Shown in pieces: positions 49,706-61,598 of a stretch of DNA of 64,000 nt. The translations under genes and the position numbers were made by a program. The first letter of the stretch is position 1. The number at the start of each line of letters is the position of its first letter. Origin of the DNA: Eledone cirrhosa (lineage: Eukaryota); NCBI GenBank assembly GCA_964016885.1, contig OZ024740.1:146506001-146570000 (forward strand). The letters are read 5' to 3'. Below the pieces are notes generated by a model, which searched no databases, had not been told where the DNA came from, and saw only the letters and a program-made list of their open reading frames with translations.

Positions 49706-51499
49706 TTGAATAATAGTTTTGTAGAGTGTACATATTGCCTGATAAGTTGTCACATAGCAGAAGTACTTCAATTTAGCTATATTAATATTTAATTAGTTCT
49801 TGGTTTAAATGTTCAAAATTTTCTCAGTTATTCTTGGTAATGGAAGAGTTAGTAGCTGTACCTCAGTGGAATACATTTTGTATATCTACCCACCCAGTAA
49901 AGTAATGGGTGAACAGACTGAGGCAGCATAGAGTAGAGATGAGTTTCTAGCTTTGACAAACTCTTTTGTGTTGGTACCACAATGGAGTGTATTTGGTACA
50001 CTCTAAAATGGTTGGCAATTGGACGAAAACAGTAGAATAGAGAGGACTCTCCAGTCTGGTCAAGCGTATTATATCCTCTCTAGTGCTGCTGCCATGATAA
50101 AATGTGCTCAGTAGACTCTGTAAAGTATTGGTGCTAGTGTCATGTTACATGCATCTACTATACTCTGTAAAGTATTAATGCTGGTGCCATGATAAATTAC
50201 ACCCAGTACAATCTGTAAAGTGGTTGGCTTTAGGAAGGACATAGAAACCATACTAAATATGGAATGTATAAGCAAGATATCCCTCCAACTTGTTTAGTTT
50301 TAGACTATGACAACCCAACCAACCAAACACATGGCAACATGGAAAGCAGATGTAAAATGATGATGTAAATATATCTCTGATTTGTTAGTATTGGTGCATG
50401 CTTTTTGTGTTATTGGGTATATTTAAGGTGGCTATTAGTTGCATAGGGAGTTTGATCTGTCAGTTGGTCTAGATTTTTTGAGTGTAAAAGATCATCATCA
50501 TCATCACAATCATCACCATCATTTAACATCTGCTTTCCCTTCTAGCAAGGGTTGGATGGGTCTTCACAGACCGAATCAGTACAGAAGTGGGCTACAGACC
50601 TCCTAGACATATGGTCCCATGTTCTACCAAGTGAATTTTATCCTGGCACCAGCACTAGAAAGGTTGTTATGTCTTTGGTACAACTGAAGGGTCCGCCCAA
50701 CTCTTTGTTTAGCAAGCTTTCTTTGGCTGGATGCCCTTCCTATCACCAACCATTTTTCTGTGTGTGCTGGGTGCATTTATCATGTAGACCACCAATACGA
50801 GGGAGTTTGTTATGTTCTTGATATATAAACAATGTTTGGACGAACTCTGTATGACTCCACATGACAGTGGAGTGGTGTTATCAGTAAGATCTAAATTGAT
50901 GTTGACTGATCCTGACCTTGTTGAAGCATGGTTCTGATGTTTTACAGTCACAGCTAGAACAAAACAAAAAAAAAATTGAGAGATAATGAAATTTATTTTA
51001 TCAAGAGCTGGTATTGTGACTATACTGAAATTTTCACTGAAATACATACCCTTGAGTTTTTTTGTCTGAAAAAAAAAACTGAAAAAACTCAAGGGTATGT
51101 GTTTCAGTGAAATATGGAAAACAATAAAGAAGAGTTGGTTATTGTAGAATGAACCAAATTTATGTCTTTGCATCAGAAATCCTTTGAGTCCATTATAACA
51201 TTTCTGCATCGTCTTCATTCATGATGGCTCTCAGTATTGTGAGTTTGATAAGCTTGGTCAAGGTGCCCAAAGTATTGAAGAAGAATACATCTCATAGATC
51301 AGCAATGTTACAGCAGCTTCAGTTGAGAAATATTCACTTGTATGTATGAACTTCATAGAATAACAAAAAATGATATTGAGTTTTTAAAAAAGAGGATATT
51401 ACTCATGATGTAGAGCCAAGAGTTACTCATGCTTTTTTTTTGGTTTTTACAGCTTAGGAAGGGAAGGGGTACTACTCATAACCCTGTTTTTTCATGGCT

Positions 51500-51790
51500 T
51501 TTGAGACTAGTGCAGGTCACCACAGTGCAGGTCAGTTTCTCCCAGCATGCTGCCTTGAATGACATCAGATGCAGCTGGTTTCCCATCAAATCTAGAGCTT
51601 CTGGTGATGGCAAGTGTACAAATGGGATAACCCTTTTGCCGTTTGAGTGGGGTAAATCAGTAATCTGGGACACCACGAGCTGGTCACAAACCTGGGCACT
51701 ACCACCTGTAATGCAGAGGAGTGGAAGATAGCCAAAGACTTGACATTTCTCTGTGACTATGTCTTCCATTTATTTTTGTGGGGCACAGCT
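51500..51790 (+). mobile_element. Relic of a restriction-like-endonuclease non-LTR element (CRE-like C-terminus)
   Basis: HAALNDI...DGKCTNGITLLPFEWGKSVIWDTT resembles the H.ALNDII..DGKRPDG.TL.PW..GK.L.WD motif. Confidence 0.55.
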
Positions 51791-53004
51791 AAAATATACT
51801 GCCATAACTGGAGTCTAGAGTCTGCTGCTCACTCCCCAGTTCCATTTTCATTTAACAAATTTTTTCTTTATTATTAAAAACATTATATAATTTAATTGAA
51901 ATTTGTTGAATAAAATTTTCCAATTACTATATATATATATAACAAAGGAATTGTGGTAAGGAACCAGATGGACCATAACGCACCAGAGTACTCAATACTT
52001 AGGGTAGTAGAGTGGGAAATAGGGAAAAAGTATGACCCCGATGGCATAGCTCAAGCTGTTTCGATGGCTATTTCTGGACTCTGTGTATATATATCCTCTG
52101 TGTATATATATCCACAGAGGATTAGTTGAAAGTGTTTACACTTTAGACTTCATTCTTTGCACAGCAAAAGCTTCTAATTAAAAAGATTGTTACAAGGTAT
52201 CATGTACACTCAGCAGCTTCTTTACTGCTTCTGTAACAGTGGCCTAGGAAAAACAATTAACTCTTTTGATACCAAACCACCTGAAACCACCCATGGTTCT
52301 ATGATAGATGAGAAATTATTCTTATACCTGAGATCTGGCTTAAATATCTGCTGCAGAATGAACTCTGCTAAAGTAATCCCTAGACTAGGTGCTAAAGCAA
52401 ATACAAATTAAGTCTACCTCCCAACAACTCAGTATGAAAAGAGCCAGAACAGATATCATAAGGCATCTAATATGGTGTCCTGATGTGTTTTATAGTGAAC
52501 ACTGAATGGCCTGAACTCTGAGTTGAGTATGAAAACATAAGTAAATGAGATGGAGGCCCCTGGTCCATCTGGGAGGCAAGTGGCTTCACTTGAGATCTGA
52601 TTTAGTCTGTGATGGCTTGTCCAGCCCTTGATAGTAGGGAGGACAGACATTAAATGATGATAAATGTTAACATACTTAATGTAGGGAGCATTAAAAATCA
52701 AATTAGAAATAGTTAATGTGGTGAGGAAAACACAGCATTAGCTCAATGACTTATAAATTAAATGATTTTGACAAGTTAGAGAGACAACTCTGAACATGTT
52801 TCGTTTTTTTTAAAAACCTCCTCACTAAAGCATAAACTTCACCATATTTACTGAAGTAGTGATGAGAGAATCGCTAATTATTCTAATTTTTCATGCCTAC
52901 ACTAGTAGGCATGAAAGATTAGAATGATTAGCAAAAACAAAATCACTGCATGAAAACAAAAATAATGTAGTATTAGTATATTTAATTCAATAAGGGAGGT
53001 AGGT

Positions 53005-53470
53005 GTAAAAGCCAAACTCATTATCTTCAATTCTGTATTCATGCCAACCCTTACCTATGGTCATTAATCTTGCGATTGACCAAAAGAATATGATCGTGAA
53101 TACAAGCAGCCGAAATGCAGTTCCTACGAAAGGTCTTTAGAATAATGTTACTTGACAGAGCATGTACCTCGGAGATCAGAGAGTCACTCCAGGTAGAGCC
53201 ACTACTTCTCTGAATTGAGAGATCACAGCTCCAATATGTGGTTAGAATGTCTCAAGAAAGAAGTGCTGGACAGATTTTACAGGCAAAAACCAACCAGTAG
53301 GAGACCCTGAGCAAGATGGTTGGATAAGATCCATATAGCTTGGCTGGTCTCACTTGGGGATCCACTTGATCAGTTGGAGATGGATGCTTCTGACAAAACC
53401 TACTGGAAGGAGTGTTTGAAGACTCTTCCCCCATGACCCTCTCAGGAATAAATGGGTGAAGAATAGGAAG
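53005..53470 (+). mobile_element. RTE-clade (Expander/Rex3-like) 3' fragment
   Basis: KLIIFNSVFMPTLTYGH, IQAAEMQFLRK, SEIRESLQVEPLLL.IERSQL. Confidence 0.75.
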
Positions 53471-53527
53471 GGCATTAGCCTCCTAATTAGAACCAATTAT
53501 GTAGCAAGGAAAAGACAAATTCAGTTT

Positions 53528-53758
53528 TTAACCCTTTTCTGAACCCTTTTGTTTCCAATGAAATATACTCTATTTCAATTAATTAATGAAGAATTTGGAG
53601 AGATTTACTAGAAGTATTAATTATTTTGTTACTAAGATAATAACTTAATATATGCTTCTTACATAGAATTTTGTTGGAAATAGGAACCCTTTAAAATGGA
53701 TGGCTTTGATTCATAGAACCAGAGTTAGTTTTGGATAGGTTGCTGTTAAAAGGGTTAA
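53528..53758. mobile_element. TTAA-flanked MITE
   Basis: TTAACCCTTTT ... AAAAGGGTTAA; related degenerate copies near 52258, 55545 and 61105-61390. Confidence 0.55.
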
Positions 53759-53942
53759 CCTATATGTTTTTAAATTTAAACTTGACACAAACCCCATTTT
53801 GTTATAGTGACAGACTGTCTGGAAAGAAAAAAATCAACAACACAATATGACTCCTGGATATTTGTAATTAAGTTTAACGTCTTACAAAGATTCTTATCAG
53901 ATATAGTTATAGCATTTTTTATAAAAGCCATATATATTGTAT

Positions 53943-55433
53943 ATCATCATCATCATCACCGTTTTACGTCCGTTCTTCCACGCTAGCATGGGTTAGACGG
54001 GTTGTTCTGTTGTGGGCAGTGTCAGGTCGGCTGACCATGCCTTGCTCATACAGGAACTGATTTGGCTTGATTTCTACAGCTGGATGCCCTTCCTAACACC
54101 AACCTCATTTACAGTGAGTGCTGGGTGCTTTTTCGTGGCACCTACACGTCCACTTTACAGTGTGGGCTGGGTGCTTTTTTTCCGTGGCACCTCCACGACC
54201 ACCTTGCAGTGGGAGGGTGTGGGGGCATATTGTCTATATGCTTCAGCTTGTACCCATGGGAGGTCGGGTACTCTGTATTACTGTGACGCCAGAGGTCACG
54301 GTCGTGTGTCATCACCTTTGAGAGGTGTAATTGGGTAAGGTTGGCTTTTATCACCTCATCCTAGGTCATCTTGGGTCTCCCCACTCCGCGGTTTCCATCG
54401 ACTTCTAGTGCTCTGCACCTTTTTATGCAGCTGTCATCCTTCATACGCATCACATGTCCATACCAACGCAACCGCCTCTCCTGCACACAGCATTTGATTC
54501 CTCTTATGCTCAGTCTCTCTCTCAATTCATTTATGCTTTGTCGTTCGTGTATATTACTATTACACATCCATCGGAGCATGCAGGCTTCGTTTCTCTCTAA
54601 TCTACGTAAGTCTTCCACCTTCAGCGCCTAGGTCTCACTACCATGTAACATTGCTGTTCGGATACACGCATCATACAGTCTGCCTTTCATTTTGAGGGAG
54701 AAGCCTTTTGCAGCTAGCAGTGGCAGTAGTTCCCTGAACTTCTTCCATCCCGTTCTTACCCTAGTTATTGTACTTTCTGAACACCCACCTCCGCTGCTAA
54801 TTCGGTCACCTAGGTAGCAGAAGTTGTCTACTGTCTCTACAGAGCCCTCCCATAGATTGGTGGTACTTGTCTCCTGTGGCTGTTTGCTGCTTGCTGTCCC
54901 AGTACAGCTGCTGCATGTGAAGCCTACATTCTTAATTAAGCTTCCTGAGATCCCGCTACATCTCTTGTGTACCCATTGTTTGCATTTGGGGCAGAGAATG
55001 GAGTTCCAACCTACACCTTTCCTACATATTGAGCAAAGCCATTTCCCTGAGGGGATCTGGGTTCTGTTTTGTCGTCTACTTACAAGGACCTTAGTCTTTG
55101 TCATGTTGACCTTGAGACCCTTTCTTTCTAGTCCCTGCTTCCAAGTTTGGAATTTCTTCTCTAGTTCTACCATAGATTCAGCTATAAGTGCGAGGTCATC
55201 AGCATACAGGAGTTCCCATGGGCATCCGGTCTTAAACTCCTCCGTTATTGCCTGCAGGACTATGATGAACAGGAGAGGGCTAAGAACAGAGCCCTGGTGG
55301 ACACCAACCTGTACGCTAAATTCCTCGCTATACTCATTGCTAATCCTAACTTTGCTGACTGCTCCCCTATACATGGCTTGTACAGCTTTCACAAGCCATT
55401 CATCTACTCCTAGTTTTCTAAGAGCCCACCAGA
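53943..55433 (-). mobile_element. 5'-truncated RTE LINE
   Basis: 254-aa RT/PHD ORF piece (LLYADD), (CAT)n tail. Confidence 0.93.
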
Positions 55434-56327
55434 TACAAAAAACAAATACAAATACAAAAAGAAATAAAAAGAGTATTCAATTTATTATTCATGTCTCAAT
55501 AAGTTTTACTGCTATGTAAAACTTATGTATGCATTTGATAATTTTAACCCTTTCATTACCATATTGAAAGACTCTAATTTTATATAATTTCGAAAATAAT
55601 CAAAAATTTGTAGTCAGTCAAATAGTACATGAGAGGCTCATGTACTATTAACTGGCAGAGTATTATCATCATCATCATCAACTGTTACAAGGAAAAGGGA
55701 GGAGGTGTTCTAGAAAAGAGAAATGCAGAGGAATCAAATGGATGGCCTAAATTATGGGTTGGGTGAGCTGTGCAAGCTATATACACAGCTGCTGTCATCA
55801 AGGTGAGATTTACCAGCAATTCTCAGTTCCTTCTATTAGCTGCAGTAGAACCCATGAAATGAATTCTTTCAAACGTCCAGAAGGCACCTTTACAGTAGTT
55901 GGCATTTGTTAACCTAAGTGACATAATTAGCAAAGGCTGGAAAGAAACATATTCCAATTGATATATACATGAATGATGGAGCACAAATGAGCTGAGAGAA
56001 AACTGGGTATAAAAGAAAATCAGCTGTAGTATGCAAGGGACAAGATTGTGCTGGTACAGACTTGTGGTACATTTGAAGGATGGCAGTTGGGTTAAGAAGT
56101 ATCAAACAATCCCAAGTGGAAGGAATCTGAGGAAGACTTTAGAAGACAAAGGAAGAAAGAGTGAAAACTTAACCTCACAAAGGAGTTGACAATGGAGGTA
56201 CTGTGTCGAAGAGGATCCATCTAACCCATGCAAACGTGAAGAAATGGATGTAAAATAATCATGATAATGAACAATAATGATCGATCTTCTACTTATCACT
56301 ATTTTTCTTCTAATATTTTTTATTTAG

Positions 56328-57042
56328 ATCTTTTCTTTCTTTTCTACAGTATATAGTTTCAAAGCCTAATACATGGCTAAATTCTTTCATTGACAGTGAT
56401 CTGGTTCATGACAAGCAATCTCGTCCATTGTTGGATCAAGGGGTTGAAGATGGTCAGAGTATTGCTGATTATTCTTACAAAATAACATCCAATGAAATGT
56501 CAAGGCAAGTACATATAAATCCATTAGATGAAAATGACTGTAACATTGAAGAACTTTCTTTAGAGTTTAGCGACTGTGATATTTTACCATCTAAAATAAA
56601 ACCAAATTTGCCAACATCTGTTGATTTACTTGAGTGTCCTACATGTAGAAAGACATTTTCAACCAAAGGGAACTTGAAAACTCATCAGAGAAAGCATGAA
56701 GGAACACTTTTCAAGTGCTCCAAATGTCCTCGAAAATTTTTCAGTCAAAGTCTTCTGAATGAACATCTTAAAATTCATAATGGAAAATTGTACACCTGTG
56801 ATTACTGTGGGAAAGAGTTTCTTACCAAATGGGGTTTACAATTGCACCTGATGTCTCATGAAGGTCACTTCAAAATGACATGTAAGATATGTGGCCATGG
56901 TTTCAATTCTCGAAATACCTTTCAAGCTCACCAGAATATGCATGAAGACAACCGACCATATAAGTGTGACCATTGCAAGAAGAGCTTTTATAATAATCGC
57001 TATCTTAAAAAACATTTGCAACGTTTCCATAAAAAATTATAA
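56328..57042 (+). CDS. BTB-zinc finger gene, last coding exon with five C2H2 fingers
   Basis: Acceptor TTTTTTATTTAG|A completes the phase-2 codon AG-A and is in frame; CPTC..HQRKH, CSKC..HLKIH, CDYC..HLMSH, CKIC..HQNMH, CDHC..HLQRFH; TAA 57040-57042. Confidence 0.88.
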
Positions 57043-57454
57043 ATGTAATTTATGCAACAAGAAATTCAAAGAAAAAGTTACTCTTGAAAAATATATAAAG
57101 ATTAACAACCAAACAGAAACACTGATTGCCTTATAAAATTTTATGTATTTTTAAATTGTTTTTCCGAGTTTCATTTTATTTTATATGAGTAAAAAATTAA
57201 TATCAATGATATTAGCTTACTTAACTTCATATAGCTGTCCACACCTTCATATCTGTATGTCACTTCTTCAAGAGTCATATCTAATAACAAGTGCAATTGA
57301 TCCTTTCCTGAACCATGTCATTTGCTATTCACTGTATTCTTATGAAGGCCCACTAGGTTAACCGAGTAAAGTGAATTAGACACCTTGTGCATAATTAGTT
57401 ACCATATATGTTATCTTATTTGAGTTACATCTGAGAGAATAATAGCTAGAATAA

Positions 57455-57730
57455 GAACAGGAGGGAAAACGTTCCGGGAGCTAAACACAACAAAAGGTTT
57501 CTCTCTACAAATGAAAGGCCTGCTGTATGATACCTGTGTGTGTTATGTGATGTTGCATGGGAGTGAAACATGGGAATTGAATGCGAGGATATGTGAAAGC
57601 TTGAGAGAAATGAAGTGAGCATGCTCCGATGGATGTACATATGCATGAATGGCAAAGCATAGATGAGCTGAGAAAAAAGCTGGGTATAAGAGGAGTCAGA
57701 TGTGGTGTGCAGGAGAGAAGACTACATTGT
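57455..57730 (+). mobile_element. RTE fragment in the probable 3'UTR
   Basis: Matches the KGFSL.MKG.LYD..MLHGSETW..ERNE..MLRWM block. Confidence 0.75.
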
Positions 57731-58994
57731 CCACTTTTTTCTATCTCAAGGAGTACTTTATCTGATTTATTCAACTATTATTTATAGTTAACAAGTATTA
57801 TAGTTATCTGCATTGTCCCAATTATATTTTCAAGTTTCAAATTTCTGAATCCTTTGTAAGTCAACCAGTAGGGAAAGCAGATGTTAAATGATGATGATGT
57901 TATGTTCAATTTCTTTATTTTTTAAATTCATCTAATGAATAAAGGATCCCAATTCCTAAATAAGAAACAAATGCTCTATTATTGAGTTATTATTTTTAAA
58001 ATATATTTTGTTCTTGTCTCAGTGATTTCATGTAACACTCAAAATTTGACTCGACTCAATTGCTGCATTTAATTGAAGTGTTTTCCAGTGATAACTTCAA
58101 ACTTTCGTTTATACAAAATCTTCCTACTAAACTATATGCATCAATGACATCTCTTTAGAAATATACTTAAATGATGGGCTTTCACATTTTGATTTTTCAG
58201 TGGAAATTTAGGACCTAAACAAATTTTTATAATAAAGACACAATACTCTAACATTGACTGTAATGAAGTAAAGAGAATCATACACACCATCCACAAAGTT
58301 TACTAAACACAACAGTTCAACCTAACCTAGCAAATTCTAAGGACTATTCTAAAAATTAGGTAGCATTTTTGTTGATAAACACAATTTATATATCAGTATA
58401 TAAACACAATTTACATTAAAATTTTATATAAAAAAGAGGTAAAAAAAAAAACTGGCAGAAGACCCACACACTCAATCACATGCCACAACAAAGGGAAGTG
58501 GAGATTCCTTCTAATAATTTTTGAGCAAAGTAGCGCACTCACAACATTGCTACAGGTGGAAGCAAGGCTAAGGAATAACCAAGCATACAATTGGCATCAT
58601 CTGATACTAAAAACAGTACTTTACTACTTAAATGTAATCTGCAAAGATAGCTTTGCATTTAAACATTTATAAAATCTGAAAGTTAAAGACCTTATGGTGT
58701 TTTGATATTTTAAGGTTCTTTTGATATATTAAGGTTTATTCCACTGAAACAAATTTATATTAAAATATTTTAATAAATTTTGTTGAATTCCTTGAAAATT
58801 AAGCTTGCTCTCACTTAATGAATATATTTGATATAGAAATTTGGATTGTAGGAACTTCTTTTTTTAGCTGTTTAATAATCTATTTTCATAGTAATCTGAT
58901 TGTAATTGTTTATTTGGAAAGATTGTAAAGAAAAAATGCAAGAAGAAATTTAGTACTTTGAAATGAATACAGTTTAGGAATATCAATAGATATC

Positions 58995-59167
58995 TCACTG
59001 TAAATGTGGTTGGTGTTACGAAGGGCATCCAACTGTAGAAAACCTGCCAGACAGTCCTATGTGAGCAAGACAATCACTCTTGCCTCAAGTGGGACTACCC
59101 CCGTCCAAACCCATGCAAGCGTGGAACACGGACGTTAAACGTTGATGATGATGATGATGATGATGAT
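58995..59167 (+). mobile_element. Short RTE 3' end
   Basis: Nearly identical to 25145-25316; (GAT)n tail. Confidence 0.9.
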
Positions 59168-60279
59168 CTCAAGTATTGTTGGTCTATATGTATTCAGAAT
59201 AGTCCAAGATGAAAATTATGTGAAAATATTGCAAACAGCAGGATGTTTATTTTACTTAATAAATTGGACCAAAATATATGAATTGTTTAAATATAAATAA
59301 CATTTTCAATATTAAATGAGTTTACCTAAACTGTTTACAAAGCCTGTAATATATAATTTTAAATAGCTAGAAGTAAAGGGTATTTGCTGTTACCTACCAT
59401 AGGATTTTCAGAAATAAATATAAAAGCTATATACATAATTGTTTCTGCAGTTTAAATCATTATCATCATCATCATTGTTTTTATGTTGACTGGCATGTAT
59501 TGGGCGGGACTTTTTGAGGCAATTCTTTATAGCCAGATGTCTTTCCTGACACCAACCCTTTTAGTTACTTCTTATGTCACACAGAAATATGGTGTACTTA
59601 TTCTAAACCAGATACAAATGGTTACAGATGATATGATAATCATTTTTTTATCATCCCAGTTGTCAAATGTTATCCTGAAGTCAAAAAGACATATAAGATG
59701 GATAAAGCGAAATAGGTAAAAAAATATAAGAGACTTGCTAAAAGCATTTGTAGAAACGGTTGACAAAAGTAAATGACTAAAAAAAGCTACAGAAAATGCA
59801 TTTCTTTTATTGGTCATTAGACCCTAGCCATGATAGAGCATTGCCTTGATTTAGTCGATCATATCAACCCTAGTTCTTATGTTTTTCAAGTCTGGTACTT
59901 ATTTTATTGATCTTTTATTTTGTGAAACTGCTAAGTTATGAGACAAACACACATGCACCAAGTGTACTCTGTAAAGTGGTTGGAGTTAGGAATGGATTCC
60001 AGCTGTAGAAACCAAAAATGACAGCATGGATACATTATTGGAAAAAAAGTTCAAAATGAAGAGAGGGGGTGCTGAAAAATGAAAATTATTGGAATTTTGA
60101 ATCTTTCTGCAGAATCATATTTGAAACATATATTTCAGGAAAAAATGTTTGATATAAAAAAGAGCCATGGAAGTTGGGTGGCAAAAATTGTTATCTCCTG
60201 TATTTAAAACATAGAAACCTGAAGAGATTACCCTCCATTCTTTTCCCTTGAAAGCGTGGCCCACAACATGCTGCATTCA

Positions 60280-60750
60280 ATGAGATTGCTGATACAGTTA
60301 GAGTGAGAGGTCTGCAACAGGCTGAATGACATCACAATTTTCACATTTCATGTTAGTAAACCCCTTATCTAGGATGTGATTTGCAGCGATACTTTCTCCT
60401 GTGGCAACTTGGTGAAATAAACATTAGACTGAGGCTTTGTTTGACAGGTTAAAGATTGCGAGCTTATAAAGTACCAGATACTGTCTGATAGATTTCTCAT
60501 CAATTTCATAGTGGTGGAAACATCTAGTGCCCTGGGTCCTTGAACCACTTTCCTACTCTGATTGAGATGACCATCTGCAAGAATAAGTTCTGTGAGTTGT
60601 ATTGGCTCTTTTAGTGCATCCCCTTTGCTATTTTCCTGTGTAACGCATTCACCATTCTGTCTGTTGGGACCATGAAGTAACTTCAATAAAACTGAAACCA
60701 TTAAATCAGTAATTGTAGTCAGTAATAGTAACTCTGAAGACACATGCAAT
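60280..60750 (-). mobile_element. Possible degenerate DDE transposase relic (piggyBac-like?)
   Basis: Weak resemblance only: ITDLMVS..HG, KEPIQ, DGHLNQ..QG, NVYFTKLP in piggyBac motif order. Confidence 0.25.
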
Positions 60751-61598
60751 CACAAGAAGTAAACAGATACACACACTTTGTGTTTGGATATTGACATTTT
60801 CAAATTTCAAATCATCCAGCCACCCTGATAAATCATAAGGTTTGTTTACTTCCAGCTCTGGCAGCTGAAGCTATTTTATATAGTTCCTGGTTTGGACAGA
60901 AACTGCTATCAGTTGCCATTTGTTGTAAAGGTAATGCACTTGGCTTGAATTAAAGAGATACAGAGTACAATTCTCTGTACTGGTTGCTGTTACTGGGGGT
61001 AGTTTGCCCAATTTTCTAATGCTATTATCATTATCATTGTGGCAATTCTGTATTTGGATATAGCATTTTAAAATTTCAAATAATCCAAGCATCTCACTAG
61101 ATCATAACCTTTTTGATACCAACCTGCCCAGAATTGCCTATGATTATATAGAATATATTCATCCATTTAGAAGGTTCCTATTTAAATTAAAATCCTCTAA
61201 CAATCAAGATGAGAAAAAGACACAGAGGGCCAAAATAGTCTCCCAACATAATTTTATGTAAAAAGATGTTTTATTATGCTACAAATACTATCTTAATAAA
61301 TGAAATAATTTGAATAAACCCCTCATAATTCGTAATTGATTAATTAAAAAACGGTGTGTTTTATCCGAAATATGGTAATAAAAGGGTAAAGATTCGTTGT
61401 TCCTTTGAGAATGTAATATATATTATTAATAAAGAAATGTCAGAGAAAAGTAATGAAAACAAGAAATAAAAGAGAAAAGGAGCAGTAAAAATGTTGACTA
61501 CATAGAACAAACAAAGAATGAAAATCTTAATGAGAGAAAAAAAGAAATATCTAAAAAAATTACTTAAGGAAATTACTTAGGAAAACTAGCCAAGTGGT

